Shown in pieces: positions 31,255-47,764 of a DNA stretch of 64,000 nt. The DNA is from Salpingoeca rosetta (taxonomy: Eukaryota > Protista > Choanoflagellata): NCBI GenBank assembly GCA_033442325.1, contig JAWQFM010000018.1:980996-1044995 (forward strand). The letters are read 5' to 3'. Each line of letters opens with the position of its first letter. Position 1 is the first letter of the stretch. A program made the translations under genes and the position numbers. The notes under the pieces were generated by a model. The model saw only the letters and a list, made by a program, of their open reading frames with translations. It was not told where the DNA came from and did no database searches.

Positions 31255-31537
31255 GGTGGTGCTATGGTGATGTTGAGTCGACTTTCGCTGTGAATGAGTG
31301 TGTGTGTGTTGTGATATCGTGCAGCAAGGCACCGATGATGAGAACTTCTGTTATTGTCGAGAAACACGCATACACATCACCAATAAGCAAGCATGCTTGT
31401 CAGCAGCGTACCAACAACGCACTGACAACAAACGAGGGCGCGAGGATGACAACACAAGACGACAACCAACAAGGAGGGCACAGGCATGCGATGACATGAT
31501 GATGAAGAAGCGAAAGAGGAGAAAGAAGAAGAAGAAG

Positions 31538-31581
<44 letters not shown>

Positions 31582-31897
31582 ACGCCACCACCAAGAGACA
31601 CTTCACCTCAGCCTGATATGCAGGAGAGGTTCACAGTGGCGGTAAAAATAACGCAGGAGAAAAGGGAAGAGGAATGCACGCGCGTGCCACAGACTGGAGA
31701 GGGTGAAGATGAATCTGCTGCTGCACTCATCACATCACGACGCCACGGCTCACGGCTGCGTCGAGGAACCCACAGCCACAACAGCCAACCTCACATCACA
31801 CTATTCACCACCACCTGCCACCACAATCAACAGTCACACCACATGTACCCACCATCACACAGACACTATCCAACAGTCACAATAATCTCCGTTGCCA

Positions 31898-33799
<1,902 letters not shown>

Positions 33800-34382
33800 G
33801 CCTGTTGTCCCTGTGTCTTCACGAACAACAACAAGTGCATGGCGCCCCTTGCTTCAAACTCACCGTGCGCTGGGTACCATCGAGGTCCGCGTATCTTCAC
33901 GCAAAGCAAACATACAAAAGCAGCGAGCAAGCAAGCGAGAGAGTGTGTGTGAGCGAGTGAGGGAAGGACCATGAGGTGGAAGAGGTATTGCTTCGCGCAT
34001 GTTGTGGACAGCAGTGCAAGCAGGCAACTGCCAACGCATCACAAGGTGCAGACGCGCTCAAAACGCAAACACATCAACGCAGGGTTCCTTCATGCTCTTC
34101 GTATCAACAAACCACAACTGCATCGTACTCACTGGCTCTCCATGCTGAAGAGGGGCGGGACGAGGGCGTTGAGGTGAGGGAAGTGTGTGAGGCAAGGAGG
34201 GAGGACAAGCCAGCAATGGGGACGCACGCTGTGGCGGGGGGTGTGGGAAAGTCTTTCTTGCTTGTTGTTGTTGGGAGGACACGCAAGCCAAGCGCTTGAG
34301 AAAGGCAAAATTGTCTTTGGAAGGAGTGTAATGCAAAGGCAAATTTGCCTTCACAGAGGCGACGAAGACAACACAGAAGAAG

Positions 34383-34584
34383 ATGAAGGGGAAGAACGGC
34401 AGTGCTGCTGGTGCTGATGATGTGAGTGATGGCAGCAGGCAAGAGGGAGGAGGAGGAGGGTTTGGTGTGGATGGAGCAGGACTCGGCGTGATTAGTTTCT
34501 ACGTATCTCGGCACCCAACGGATGCGTGTGGGTCAAACGGGCTTCCCTTGACGCCAAACACCGTCCGTGTCTGCGGCAGGGCTC

Positions 34585-34644
<60 letters not shown>

Positions 34645-35472
34645 GTGTATGCGCCGTGTGTGCCGTGTGTCTGTCTGTGTCTGTCTGTGTCTGTCTGTCT
34701 GTGTGCGCCATGTGTGCCGTGTCTGTGTTGGCATGTGTGTAGTTTACTTTTTGTGCCTGGACAACCGTGTGTTTATGTCTCTGCTGGTATGTGTGTAGTT
34801 ACTGCCCTTGATAACCGTGTGCTTGCATGCACATATGCCTCATTTGAACACGTGCTGGATCCCACACGCATGTTGACGCCACACCGACGTCTGCCTCGTT
34901 TGGCAGTCGGTCCTCAGGCTGTCCCATCCAAACGTCGCCGAGTACGTGGCTGCGGAAGTTGGCGCTGGCGGTGCGTATCATTTGGAGCTGCAAACTTGCA
35001 TGCTGCGTGTGCGTTCTCGGTGTCCTCTGTGTCTGTGTGTCTGTGTCTGTGTGTGTGTGTGTCTGTCTGTCTGTCTGTGCGTGCGTGTGTGTGTCTATGT
35101 TTGTGTGCGCGTTCTCTGTATGTGCGTCCTCTGTATGTGTGTCCTCTGTATGTGTGTCCTCTGTACGTGTGTTTGTGTTTGTGTGGTGTGGTTGCCCATG
35201 CAACACAGTTGCACCACACATTGCCACTTGGCAATCTGTGCTACTGTTGAACGCACTGATGGCGTCGAAATGGCTTGGTTTGTACCACCAGAACGGTTGT
35301 TCCTCGTCTCGGAGCACTACAAACGCCATGTTGGCCATATGATCCGCGAAGGCAGCGCCAAAAGGTGAGCCTAGATTACTTCATCCCATCTCATCTTCAT
35401 TTATGCACCGCCCATGGCACTCGCGACAAGGTCATGTGCAACAGCAACAACAACACCAGCAGCAGCAGCAGC

Positions 35473-35549
<77 letters not shown>

Positions 35550-35840
35550 CGAAGAAGCCCTCTCCAATCACCATTACGTTACTACTCGCACTATCCCCAC
35601 TGCGCACTCAAAGCACGCTGCCCTCCCCAATGCGTTGCTCGGTGAGCAGCTTTGACCAGGTCAAGGACATCCTACATGGCACGCTAAAGGGGCTGGCGTA
35701 TCTGCATGCCTGCGGCATCGTGTCGCGCAACATCAAACCCGAGAGCATCTGCCTCACCTCCGCGCTCCAGCCCAAAGTTGCCCAGTACGCCCTCTTCCAC
35801 ATCACAGACTGCGGCGCAGCCGTCGACTTTCCCATCGGGT

Positions 35841-35906
<66 letters not shown>

Positions 35907-38900
35907 CTGTGTGTGTGTGTGTACCTGTGTCTGTCTGTCTGTCTGTCTCCTTGTGAATTGTGAATTGTGATTCCCCGCCTTCTGACGTCCCTTCGAACGT
36001 GCTGTTGCATCGTTGCTCTCGTCATTGTCTCACGGTCAGCTGCGCACATGCACATAAAACAATACCACGCACAAACAACACATCTCCAGCTCGCCAGCGT
36101 ACTTTGCACCAAGCGTGGTTGCCCGCGGTCCCCAGCAACGGCACGTGGCAAACCCGAAGGACGACGTCTGGGCAGTCGGCATCATTGCGCTCGAGCTCCT
36201 CACCGTAAGCGCACATGAACACACGCACGCACACACACACACACACACATGTGCACACACACATGTATACACACACTCTCTCTCTGTCTCAACTATTGCT
36301 GACGCTGCTCTTGCTATTGCTCTTCGCCACCATCACTACCATCACCACCATCACCATCATCACTGTCACTGCAGGGCCAGCGGGTGTGGAGCGACTGCCA
36401 CGTTGTGCATCGCAGCCGCGCAGCCACTGGCGCCCACACCACCACCATGTCGGCTGATGCCCGTGGCAACCGTGCTGGCGACAGCGGCGGTGGTAAGGAG
36501 GAGAGGCGTGGTAGTGTTCGTGGTGGTGCAATGGCTGTGTCACGCGTCCGTGTGGACGTCAGCGCCGTCTGCAAGCGGCTGTACAAGCTGGCAACTAGGC
36601 CCGCCACCTGCGGATACAAGGTGCCTTGTGTGAAATTGCGTCTGTGTGTGTGTCTGTGTGTGTGTGTACGTGTGCATGTGTGTGTGCGTGTGTGTACGTG
36701 TACATGTGTGTGCGTGCGTGTGTGTGTACGTGTGCATGTGTGTCTTTACGTGGCAGCGCCAACCTGCGTTAGGTTTCATTTTTCGCCGCGCATCCCACGT
36801 CCGCCCCCTTCCACTTCTCCTTCGTCTCACCGCCATCATCATCAACATCACCGCCACCATCGCCATCACCATCTTGACCTCTGCGCAGGGTCCCACTGCC
36901 AGCCGCTCTGATGCAATTTCATATCTCCGGACATTTGTTCCGCACACTTCTGCCGCCACTTTCGAATCCATTCCCGATGATGTCATTGCGTTTGTGCACG
37001 CATGTCTTGCCCCAACTGCCAAGCTCAGGCCAACAGCAGGTGTCGTGCGCGCGCATGTGTGTTTGTAGATCTGTGTCTGTTTCTGTGACTATATGTCTGT
37101 GTCTGTGTCTGTGCCTGTGCTGTGTGTGTAGATCTGTCTATCTGTCTGCCTGTCTGTCTGTGCCTGTGCTGTGTGTGTAGACCTGTCTGTCTGTCTGTCT
37201 GTCCGTCTGTCTGTCTGTCTGTCTGTCTATCTGTCTGTGCCTGTGCTGTGTGTGCTGATCTGTCTGTGTGATATCCTTGGTTATTTGTTTGTACAATACC
37301 GTCACACTGTTGCTTATGTGTTCACCACCACCACTGCCGCCGCCGCCACCACCACCACCACCACTATCAGGCGAGCTTGCGCGGCTGCCTGTGTTCCACA
37401 GCGCGGGTGCCGTGTGGACACCGCAGCCAACGCCGGCCCTCCGCTCCTCCCGTCCCCCCGCCACCATAGTCGCACTTCGCCAGCTCGCACAGCCGCACCG
37501 CTCAACCCACCGTACGCGCCCTCGCATTGCCTCCCTCTGTCTGGTCTGTCTGGTCGGTCTGTCTGTCTGTCTGTCTGTCTTCGATTGTGTCTGTTGCTGG
37601 CGTTCGTGTTTACTTTCTCGCTTGCATGCCCCGACCCAAAGCGTCCTTGCACTCACCCTCCGGTCTCACTTTCATTGTCCTCCTCTCCCCTCCCCTCCTC
37701 TCGTCGTCGTTGTGGTGCCAGTGGAGGGACCCGCGCAGCGAATTGTCGACGAATTTGCACAGCGCGAACACAACCCGCTCCGTGGCATGTACGTGGTGGC
37801 GTGATGGCACGTGCAGATGAGGAAGGCTCGAGGAGTGAGATACTTGGTGGGCAGTGAACAACACACACACAAACACACACACACACATACACATACATAC
37901 ACACACACACGAGAGGTATTGAGAAGAGAGACAGAGAGACTGTGAGAGAGAGTGAGAGACTTGGGGTGACGCCTTGGTGTATGTGATGTGAATGTGATGC
38001 ATATTCTCGTGCGATTATGCTCTTTGCAAAGCGGTTATGGAATGGTTGCATGCTCCATGCGCACTGTGTTTGCACACTCACCTGTCAACAGTTCTGTGTA
38101 CGGAATCAACCAGCCAACGTCCCGTTCTGCAGCCACCCAAGCAACCCACACCACACCCTCACACTCCACCCACCGCACCCCCATCCCCTTGTTAGGCCAT
38201 TGAAGGACGTGTACTACCTGTGGACGCTGACGGGCGTGAGTCTTGAGCGGCTGCTGAGCACACACGGTGGCGAGCAGGTCCACCCCTCCATCCACCGCCT
38301 CCCACGGTATGGTGCGCTGTATTGCATGGTGGTGCTGGGCGGAGGGAAGGAAGTTGCGGGTGGGTTGGCTCGCTGGTTGGTCCATTCAAAGGACGTCGAG
38401 ACGCAAAGAGAGGCCTGTCATGTGCACACTTATACACGCTTGTCCTCACATACGCACACGCACACACATACACACACATTATTGATTGGGTGCAGGCTTG
38501 TGCGGCTTGGCCTGCCTGAAATTGGGGCAAAGAAGGACCCTTCGTTTGACTTTGATGACACTCCAAGAACCATCGATCTCTCAAAGGTGTACTGTTTCAT
38601 GTGATCCTCTGTGTGTGTGTGTGTAATGTTTCTTCGAGTTCACCATCGTAATCCATAATCTCATCACCCATCGTTGCGCTTGTATGCATGTGTGCATGTC
38701 TGCATGTGTTTAGATTTCGGCGCGGTTGCTGGAGGAGGGCGTAGATCCGTTTCCGCTCATCCTCACCGCGAACGAAGGCATTGCGCAATCGTAAGTACTC
38801 AACATGATGATAGTGGTAGTGGCGGCGGGCTGTTACTTGTTATGTTGTGGTTTGTGATTGGTGGTTTCCCCCCCCCCATGCATTCGCACACAGACATGCA

Positions 38901-39401
38901 CATATTTACACATGCTCACACACGCACATGCACACACACGCACACACCATTCACATTCACGTTCACACCAGGGCCGCGTTTAGGAGTGAGATGACAAAGC
39001 AGCCGCTGGCGGTGCGGGAGCGAAACCTCCTGTATCAGGTGTGAAATGTGTCGGTCATTCACTGCGCTTTAAACACAGGGTGGTGTATGTGCTCGGTGGC
39101 TCTGCAGTGGCAGCCCGCGTGCTTGTTCGCTCGACTGCGTGCCAACAGACATGCGGTGTTTATGTCTGGAGCTTGATAACCCTAACACCTCCACCACCCT
39201 CGCCACCGTTGATCTTGCCACCTCCACCTCCATCACCATCACCATCACCACCATCGCCAGTATGAGCGGCTTGTGAAGATGAGTCGGCTGCTCAGCGGCC
39301 ACCCGTACACACACACGGCGCTGTCGGAGGAGGCCGCTGTCGACATCCCACCCCACGTATGCACTGCTCACACACGCGCACAGCGCACGAGAGAGTGTTT
39401 G

Positions 39402-39432
<31 letters not shown>

Positions 39433-40560
39433 GTCTGTGTCTGTGTCTCTGTGTGTGTGTGTGTGTGTCTGTGTCTCTGTGTGTGTGTGTGTGTGTCTGT
39501 TTGTCTGCCACACCACCATCCACGACGCTTCCTTTCGCGGTGCTCATTCACACACACACACACGCCTGTGGCTTTTTTTTTTTTCGTTGCCTGCAGGCAC
39601 GTGCGCGGGTGTGGGCAGCGCTGCTGCGTGTTGGCCCACAGCGCATTGAGGAGTATGAACAGATTGACAAGGAATCGACGACAGACACAGACCACCAGCT
39701 GGATGTCGACATTCCAAGGTGGTGGTGGTGGTGGTGGTGGTGCTCGCATGGACATGGAGATGCGCAGTTTTGTGTGTGTGTGTGGGGGGGGGTTGTGTGT
39801 GTGTGTGTGTGTGTGTGTGTGTCTGTGCGTTCTATCTGTGTCTGTGTGTTCTGCCTGCCTGCCTGTCTGTCTGTACGCGCACTTGTACTCGGCTCGTGCT
39901 TGTAGCTCTGCTCTCACGTTTGTGTTTCCCACGTACGTGATCATCTGACGTGTCCCCTCCCACGAATGAATGCAGATGCCACCAATATGACCTCCTCCTC
40001 TCTTCGCCGGCAGGTACACACTCGCAGCGACGCCATGCAGGGACACTGTGACAGCGACAACGACATGCGTGCACGTGATCACACACACACACACACACAC
40101 ACACACTCTCTCTCTCTCTGTTTTCATATGCACACTCGCACACATACGCTCACTCTGACAAATGGTGTGCACACCCTCACACGCGCCTGAATGCACCTTT
40201 CACTTTACAACCTGACACTCACGCTCACTCTCGACTTCACCACTGCCACCTACCACCTGGTTGCATCGCCTCTCTGCTGCTGTCAGGCCACGCTGCCCTG
40301 AAACGCGTGTTGAAGGCGTGGATTAACACACACCCGCACCTCGTCTATTGGCAAGGTTGTCCTATTGATGATCATGATGGTGATCATGATGGTGATCATG
40401 ATGGTGACCGTGGTGGTGGTAATGGGTGGTGCTGTTGGGTGGTGATGATGAGTGGTATTCTTGGTGCGAGTGGCAGCAGCCGTGGTGACCCCTTGCGTGA
40501 ATGCAAACATTTCCTTTACGCGTTGCATCTCACGTCTTTCAACTCCATGCGCAATGTTGT

Positions 40561-40625
<65 letters not shown>

Positions 40626-41058
40626 GGTGTGTGGATGGTGCTGTTTTCACAGGGCTGGATTCACTCTCTGCTCCGTTTGTGCGACTCAACCTCACGAACG
40701 AAGGTGTGGTGCTTGCTTGCCTTTGCTGCTGTCGAGTTGAGAACGTGCCAGCACACGCTATTCCTTTACCACCGCCTGTGTTTCTCCACCCGTCATCTCC
40801 TGTTTGTTCTCAATCCTCCTCATGTGTGTTACTACTCAAGCGCTCTCACCACCATTTCCTTCATCACCACGGATATCGTACCACTGCTACCACTCTTACC
40901 CGTCACCATCACCATCGCCACCACCACCATCACCATAATAATACCACCACCACCATCAGCTGTTGCGTACGGCTGCCTGGCCCAATTTGTGGAGCTGTAC
41001 ATGCCAGGTCTCTTTGAGAAGAACAACACAACGGTACGCGAGCACTCAATGCGCGCGC

Positions 41059-41136
<78 letters not shown>

Positions 41137-42228
41137 TGTGGTGTGGTGTGAGAGACAGAAGCATGCTCGCAGAGACAGGGAATGGTGTATACACACAGCA
41201 CACACGCATACACAAACAAACAAATGCTTGCACACTCACACTCTTCCATGCACGCCTATTCTTCCTCCTCATCCGCACGCTCCATTCCAAACTCAACCCT
41301 CCCCCCCCCCATCTGTTCACCAGGTACTGAATGAGGTGATGGCTGTCTTCTGGCAGCTGCTTGCATACCACGACCCAGACCTGTGGACGCATCTCGAGGA
41401 CATGTGTTTCAAACCGGACCTCTTTGCCATCCCATGGTGCGTTGCTTGGTTGGATGATGGGGTGGGTTGGCTGGTTGGTTTGGTGAACTCAGCTGGCTGG
41501 CTGGTTGGTTGGTTGGTTGGTTGGTTGCAGGGACTTGTTTGTTTGTATCAGTGTGATTGCGTTCTTGCCACGAGCCTGTATTCCTTGCGTCTTCTTTTAG
41601 TCCATTTTATTTTTCGTGCAATTCACCCCCGCCCGCCCCCACTACCTCCACTCGTTCGCTGCTGTATTACATCATGTCAGGTTTCTCACGTGCTACGCGC
41701 ACGTGTTTTCGCTCGACAAAATCTTTATTCTTTGGGACACACTACTCCTCTCGCCATCAGCCATGATTCTCTGTATTGGTCAGTTTTGAACATCGCAAAG
41801 TGGCTGGTAATGTGCACATATGTGTGTGCATGAGCCTGTGTGTGTGTGTGTGTGTGTGTGTGTACCTGTGCTTGAATTTGCCTTCTTTGTTAAAATAATG
41901 GCTATCACCGTTGCACTGATGTCTCGATTGCATCACGACAGGTGTTGCAATTATGAAGCAGCTGCGCGCACAACTGTTATCCTTCGATTTTAGCGAGTGC
42001 ATTCTTCACTTTGGCGACTCCCCTGATGTGGTGCGCTCACTTACCCCTTGCTTGTTGTTTTGTTCATGCGTTTGTTTGTTTGTTGATTTGTCTCTGTGTG
42101 GCTCTGCCTGCCTGCCTAGCTGCAGACGTGCATCATCTGTTGTACGTTCGAGGGTGAACCAGACACTGTAGGATCACCACATCCACGACCCCCCTCAACA
42201 CTCACACGACGAACGCACGCACGCACAC

Positions 42229-42285
<57 letters not shown>

Positions 42286-42822
42286 TGTTGTCAGGACATT
42301 GACACGACGATACAGACGGCCAAAGACATCCTTGACGCCACACCCTCCAGCCTGCTCGCTCGATCCGCTGTGCACCCGGACCACCGCACATGGGTACGCC
42401 CGCTACCATGCTCGTGGTCGTGGTCGTCGAAGGAATTGCTCATTCGCAACCGATAATGGGTGATTTGTCAATATGTCTCCTGCTCCCTCCCCCACCACTC
42501 GTTGGACTTATGTCTTCATCACAACTCACCACCGCCACCACTTCCACTCACAATTATCGCCGCCGCCGCCGACGCAGGATGAAAAGCATGTAGTGCCGCC
42601 CCTTGATGAGTTGCGCAACAACAGTTCCCCAACCCTCTCCGTCCACGAACTTGAAGAGTTTCTACCAGACCCGCGCGGACAGGTGGGCCGGCAGTGCACG
42701 TGGATGTGATTGATTGGTGAAAGGAGGGGAGGACGTGGGAAGAACTCTGGTGTGGTTGGTCTGGGAGGGGGTGAGGTGACGTGTGGGTGTGGCGGTGACA
42801 GTGCACGTCTGCCAACACACAC

Positions 42823-42866
<44 letters not shown>

Positions 42867-43252
42867 ACATACACACACACACACTCACACTCACTCACTC
42901 ACTCACACTCACTCACTCACTCACACTCACTCACTCACTCACTCACGCACACATCGCGCCAATGACACGCGTGTTTGTACAACCACCATACACATTCACA
43001 CACTCCACCGCCCACTTTTGGTCTTCCAATTCACATCACTGCTACAACTGCTTCCACATCGTGACCCCTCTCCACCTCTCCACCGTCTTCATCTCTCCGC
43101 CCTCTCCACCTCTGCTTTGTCTTCTGCAGCCAATTCCGCCAGAGAGCGCACGCGTCGTTGTCATTGACACGTGTCCACAAAAGTCGTTCTCCTATGGCCA
43201 TTGCAACGGGCTCTGCATCAACTTTCCAGTCCAACTCGGTGCGCGTGCTTTT

Positions 43253-43294
<42 letters not shown>

Positions 43295-43306
43295 GTGTCT
43301 GTGTCT

Positions 43307-43347
<41 letters not shown>

Positions 43348-44098
43348 TGCGTACGTGACAAATGACAGATCGCACAGCTCGCCCAAACCCCCACAGCTGT
43401 CTTAACACGAACACCATGACCAACTAACTACCCATACCTCCCCTCGATTTCTCTCTTCCCCCCCCGCCCCACCCCATTGTTCAATCACCTGCAGCCCTTG
43501 AGGATGAGTGCCTGCATGCAGCGTTTGAGGACGAGCTGTGGGAGCGCACAAACGGGCGTCCAATCGTCATTGTGGGCTCTCCACGGAACCAGGATGCGCC
43601 AAGGGTTAGTGGTGCTGGTGGTGGTGTTGGTGGTGATGATGATAGTTGTGATAGCTGTGATGATGATAGTTGTGATAGCTGTGGTGGTGGTGGTCATAGC
43701 TGGTGGCTGTTGGATGGGAGATGAGGCGCGATGGGTAGGATGGCGGTGGCGGTAGCGGGCGGTTTCAAGACAATTGGTGTTTTGCACTGAAGCGCTCATT
43801 ACGCAGGAAAGTGGGTTGTTTTGCTTAATCCCCTCACCTCACCTCACCTCCCCTCACCTCCCTTCCCTCTCCATGTCATTGCACCGCCTACCCCGTGTCT
43901 TGCACACGATTCGTGCCTGCATGCACGCGCAGCTTGCACGTGCGTTGGTGAAGTGCGGGTTTCCGCGCGTGTGTCTTCTTGCTGGCGGTCTTGATTCGCT
44001 GCGCCGTCGCGGGCTCCTTGAAAACAAAGACCCAGACCCCGTCCTCGCCGCTGGTAGGGATGTGTGTGTGTGTCTGTCTGTCTGTCTGTGTGTCCGTG

Positions 44099-44149
<51 letters not shown>

Positions 44150-44374
44150 GTGCCTGTGTGTGTCTGTGTGTCTGCGTGCCTGTGTGTGTCTGTGTGTCTG
44201 TCTGTCTGTGCTTGTCTGTCTGTCTGTGCATGCATACGCGTGTCACGTCCTCACACCGAGTCCCCTCCCCCCGACCACCTCGTCACATGTGGTGCAGTGC
44301 TCCAGCGCATTGAGCGGGATGCAGCGGCAGCGGCAGCCAGACGCAAACACACGCGAGCACCACCACCTGCATAG
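34383..44374 (+). CDS. TBCK: TBC1 domain-containing kinase-like protein (pseudokinase-TBC-rhodanese), multi-exon
   Basis: N-terminal [11 protein letters not shown], kinase-like region ([17 protein letters not shown]; VDFPIGSPAY), [12 protein letters not shown] ([35 protein letters not shown]) and rhodanese tail ([11 protein letters not shown]). Confidence 0.93.
35472..35550. repeat. (AAC)n microsatellite in a TBCK intron
   Basis: Direct inspection. Confidence 0.95.
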
Positions 44375-44411
<37 letters not shown>

Positions 44412-44626
44412 GACTGTCTGTCTGTCTGTCAAAGGCTATGTGTCTTGTCGCTCGTCTGTCTCCCTGCTTGAACACAATGGTAGGATTTGCCTGCTTGCGA
44501 TTGTATGGTTTGGTTAACAAGGAAGAAAGAGAGGAACACAGGTGTCAGACCTTCAGCATGCATGATCCGACACACACATGCGCACACACATGCACGCACT
44601 CATTGCCTCACAAGCACCACGTGCGT

Positions 44627-45838
44627 TCACTTGTCGTCCTGCTGTTGCTCTGGGTTCTGGAGCTGATCAATCTTTGCAATGAGCTCGCGTGCGTCTGGGA
44701 TCTCATGTGCCGCCCGCTCGTAGAGGGCACGCGCCGCTGCGAGGTCCTGCTCGCACCCGCGGCCTTGCATGTACATGTTGGCGAGGTTGAAGCAGGAGTG
44801 GGCAAAGCCCTGGCCCGCCGCCTTCTCAAAGCACTTTCGCGCCTGCTCAAACGACTGCTGCACCCCCTTCCCCAGGAAGTAGTGCGTGCCCAGGTTGTGG
44901 TGCGCAAGTGGGATGTCTGCCTCTGCCGCGGCCTCCTTGTTGAGCTGGAAGGCCTTGTCAAAGTTCTGCTCTGTTCCGTGCCCGCTGTTGTACATGGTGG
45001 CGATGCCCACCTTTGCCCACGGGTCGCCCTTGTCCACCGCGTCCTGGTAGTAGTGGAAGGAGAGGTCGTTGTCTTGCGGCACGCCATGCCCAACGCGGTA
45101 CATCTCAGCGAGGGTGGTGGATGCCTGGGCGAGGCCACGATCGACAGCCAACTTGAGCAGCTGCGCCGCCTTTGGCGGGTCCTTCTTGATGCCGTTGCCC
45201 GTGAGGAACATGTTGGCCAGCTGGTACATGGACAGGGCATGGCCCTGCTTGGATGCTTCGCCGAAGAACTTGATGGCTGCCTCCGGATCACGCTCCATGC
45301 CCTGACCTTCCAGCGTCAGCACGCCAAGCGAGTACTGAGCGCTGACAGCCAGTGCCGGGGTGTCTGTGCAGCGCTTCGCCACGTGCATGAGCACGGCTGC
45401 GCTTGCGGGGCGCACGGTTGACAGCCGGCCATCCAGGCCCAGGATGTCGTGTGCCAAGCCCAGCTTCATCTCGCAGTTGAGCCCGCTCGCCTGGAGCGCC
45501 TTGTCCACTGAGCCCCATGTTGTCTCATCGCCCACACGGAACGAAGCGTCCACGCCGCGCAGAGCAGACAGCACATCTTGCACGTTCTTGCACCCGCGTG
45601 CCACCGCTGTCGTCTGCAGCTGCGTCCACGCCATAGGGTCGCCGGCCTGCGGATCCTGCTCCTGCTGGGTTGATAAAGCTCTCCGCTGGCCCCAAAGGAC
45701 TTGTTGCTGTTGCTGGTGGTGCAGCCGGACCGCTGCAGGTGCTGTGCTCCTGCTGCTGGTGCTGCTGGTGCACAGTGCCAGGCACCTTGCCCGCACTGCG
45801 CTGCTCATCAGCCCTCGTGCTCGCGCCATCGCCGCCAT
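44627..45838 (-). CDS. Sel1-like repeat (SLR/TPR) protein with a probable mitochondrial presequence, intronless
   Basis: About 6 Sel1 repeats (AQYSLGVLTLEGQG, SMYQLANMFLTGNG, AHHNLGTHYFLGKG, SCFNLANMYMQGRG). Arg/Ser-rich, acid-free N-terminus from ATG 45838. Confidence 0.88.
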   Translation of the reverse strand: MAAMARARGLMSSAVRARCLALCTSSTSSRSTAPAAVRLHHQQQQQVLWGQRRALSTQQEQDPQAGDPMAWTQLQTTAVARGCKNVQDVLSALRGVDASFRVGDETTWGSVDKALQASGLNCEMKLGLAHDILGLDGRLSTVRPASAAVLMHVAKRCTDTPALAVSAQYSLGVLTLEGQGMERDPEAAIKFFGEASKQGHALSMYQLANMFLTGNGIKKDPPKAAQLLKLAVDRGLAQASTTLAEMYRVGHGVPQDNDLSFHYYQDAVDKGDPWAKVGIATMYNSGHGTEQNFDKAFQLNKEAAAEADIPLAHHNLGTHYFLGKGVQQSFEQARKCFEKAAGQGFAHSCFNLANMYMQGRGCEQDLAAARALYERAAHEIPDARELIAKIDQLQNPEQQQDDK

Positions 45839-45987
45839 GATGGTAGCACTTGCGGTTTCGCTATACGACACCATTAAATGTAGTTGCATGTCGACCGCTC
45901 CCACGACAACGCCAACCAACCGACTACATCCACGACAACAAGCAAGAAACACGAGCAGCGACACACGGACGGATTTGTTGGGAGACA

Positions 45988-46246
45988 ATGGGAGCCGATG
46001 GTGGCACGATCCCTACAAGGGATGAGCTGGTCAAGGTCAAGAAGAAGGACGTCAAGGTATGGAAGCCATATGTGCACGTGTGTGTCTGCGTATGTGTGTG
46101 TCTGTGTATGTGTGTGTCTGCGTGTGTGTTGCGGCATGGTTGCCTCAAGCTCAAAGCACACACAACAGCAACGACGACAACAAAACCGTCAACTCCCACA
46201 TGTCAACCATGACAACAACTGCAACTTCAACCACAACTCACACTCA

Positions 46247-46298
<52 letters not shown>

Positions 46299-47652
46299 CT
46301 CACGCGTGATTATTCTAGGAGGATCCGTCGATCAAGTGGGCCGCAAAATGGAAGCACTGCGCCGTGTCGTCGCAGCCGCTACGAGAACCCATAGTCGCAT
46401 GTGAACTGGGACAGCTGTTCAACAAAGAGGACCTGATGAAGGCGTTATTGGCCATCAAAGACAAGTCCATGGAGCGGCCAGCGGAGCTGAAGCACGTGAA
46501 GAAGCTCAAGGACGTGCACGAGCTCAACCTCAGACCCGTCACGCATTCGTCGTCCTCGTCATCCACCCGCGTGCGTGGCGTGGGCCTGGATGATGATCAG
46601 GAGGTGCAGTTTGAGTGCCCCATCACGGGCGTGCCAATGAATGGCCGCCATCGCTTCGTGTATCCCGTGACATGCGGTTGCGTCATCTCCGAACGTGCTC
46701 TTCGCGAGATTCCCACAGCCACCTGCCTCGTGGTAAGTTGCCTTTGTATGCATGTGTGGATGGGACGGGCTGATACGTGAATGCGAATGTGTGTCAACAT
46801 AAATTTGTGTGTGTGTGTGTGTGTGTGCCTCTGTATCCTTTGTTTTGTCTACCTGTGCGCCTGTGCATCCACACACTCACATGCAAGTGTTATAACTGTT
46901 GTGTGCACCTCATAGTGCAGCAAGCCGTTTACCGCGGAAGACATTGTTGTGCTAAATCCAGAGCAAGAGGAGATGAAGGAGATGGCCCTCAACATGAAGG
47001 CACGCAGGGAACGCGCAAAGGCTGCCAAGGTGCTTTGTGTGCGTGTGTGTCTGTGTCTGTGTCTGTGTCTGTGTGTGTGTGTGTGTGTGTGTCTGTGTGT
47101 ATGTGTGTGTCTGTGTCCGTGTGTGTGTGTATGTGTGTGTGTGTGTGTCTGTCTGTCTGTCTGTCTGTCTGCCTGTCTGCGTCTCTGCCTGTCTGCGTCT
47201 CTGTCTGTCTGCGTCTCTGTCTGTTTGTTGTGTGTGATTCGATGAGTGTACATAGCCGTTGTTCATGCGTGTGCACAATCATGGTTTTGTTTTGTCTCCT
47301 CTCACGCACCTCTCGTCACCAACAACAACCACCGCATCCCCACATCCACAACAGAAGGCCGCCAAGTCGGCCGGAGCACCAGCACCCTCGTCATCATCGT
47401 CGTCATCAGCAGCACAACAAGCGGTAGCGGGTGAAGATGGTGACAAAGACGGCACCAGCGCTGGGAACGGGTTTACGCGTGAGGAGATGGAGCGGTTCCG
47501 ACGGGAGGCGGAGGTGATCAAGCGCCGCGCGCGGCACGCAGACGAGCAGAAGAGGAAGCAGGCCAAGGTGAACGGTGGCAAACCGGCAGAAACATCCGCC
47601 ACAGCAGACCTTGGACTCGACAGCGATGCCCTCAAATGGGCCCTCAGGTGTG

Positions 47653-47704
<52 letters not shown>

Positions 47705-47707
47705 CTG

Positions 47708-47764
<57 letters not shown>

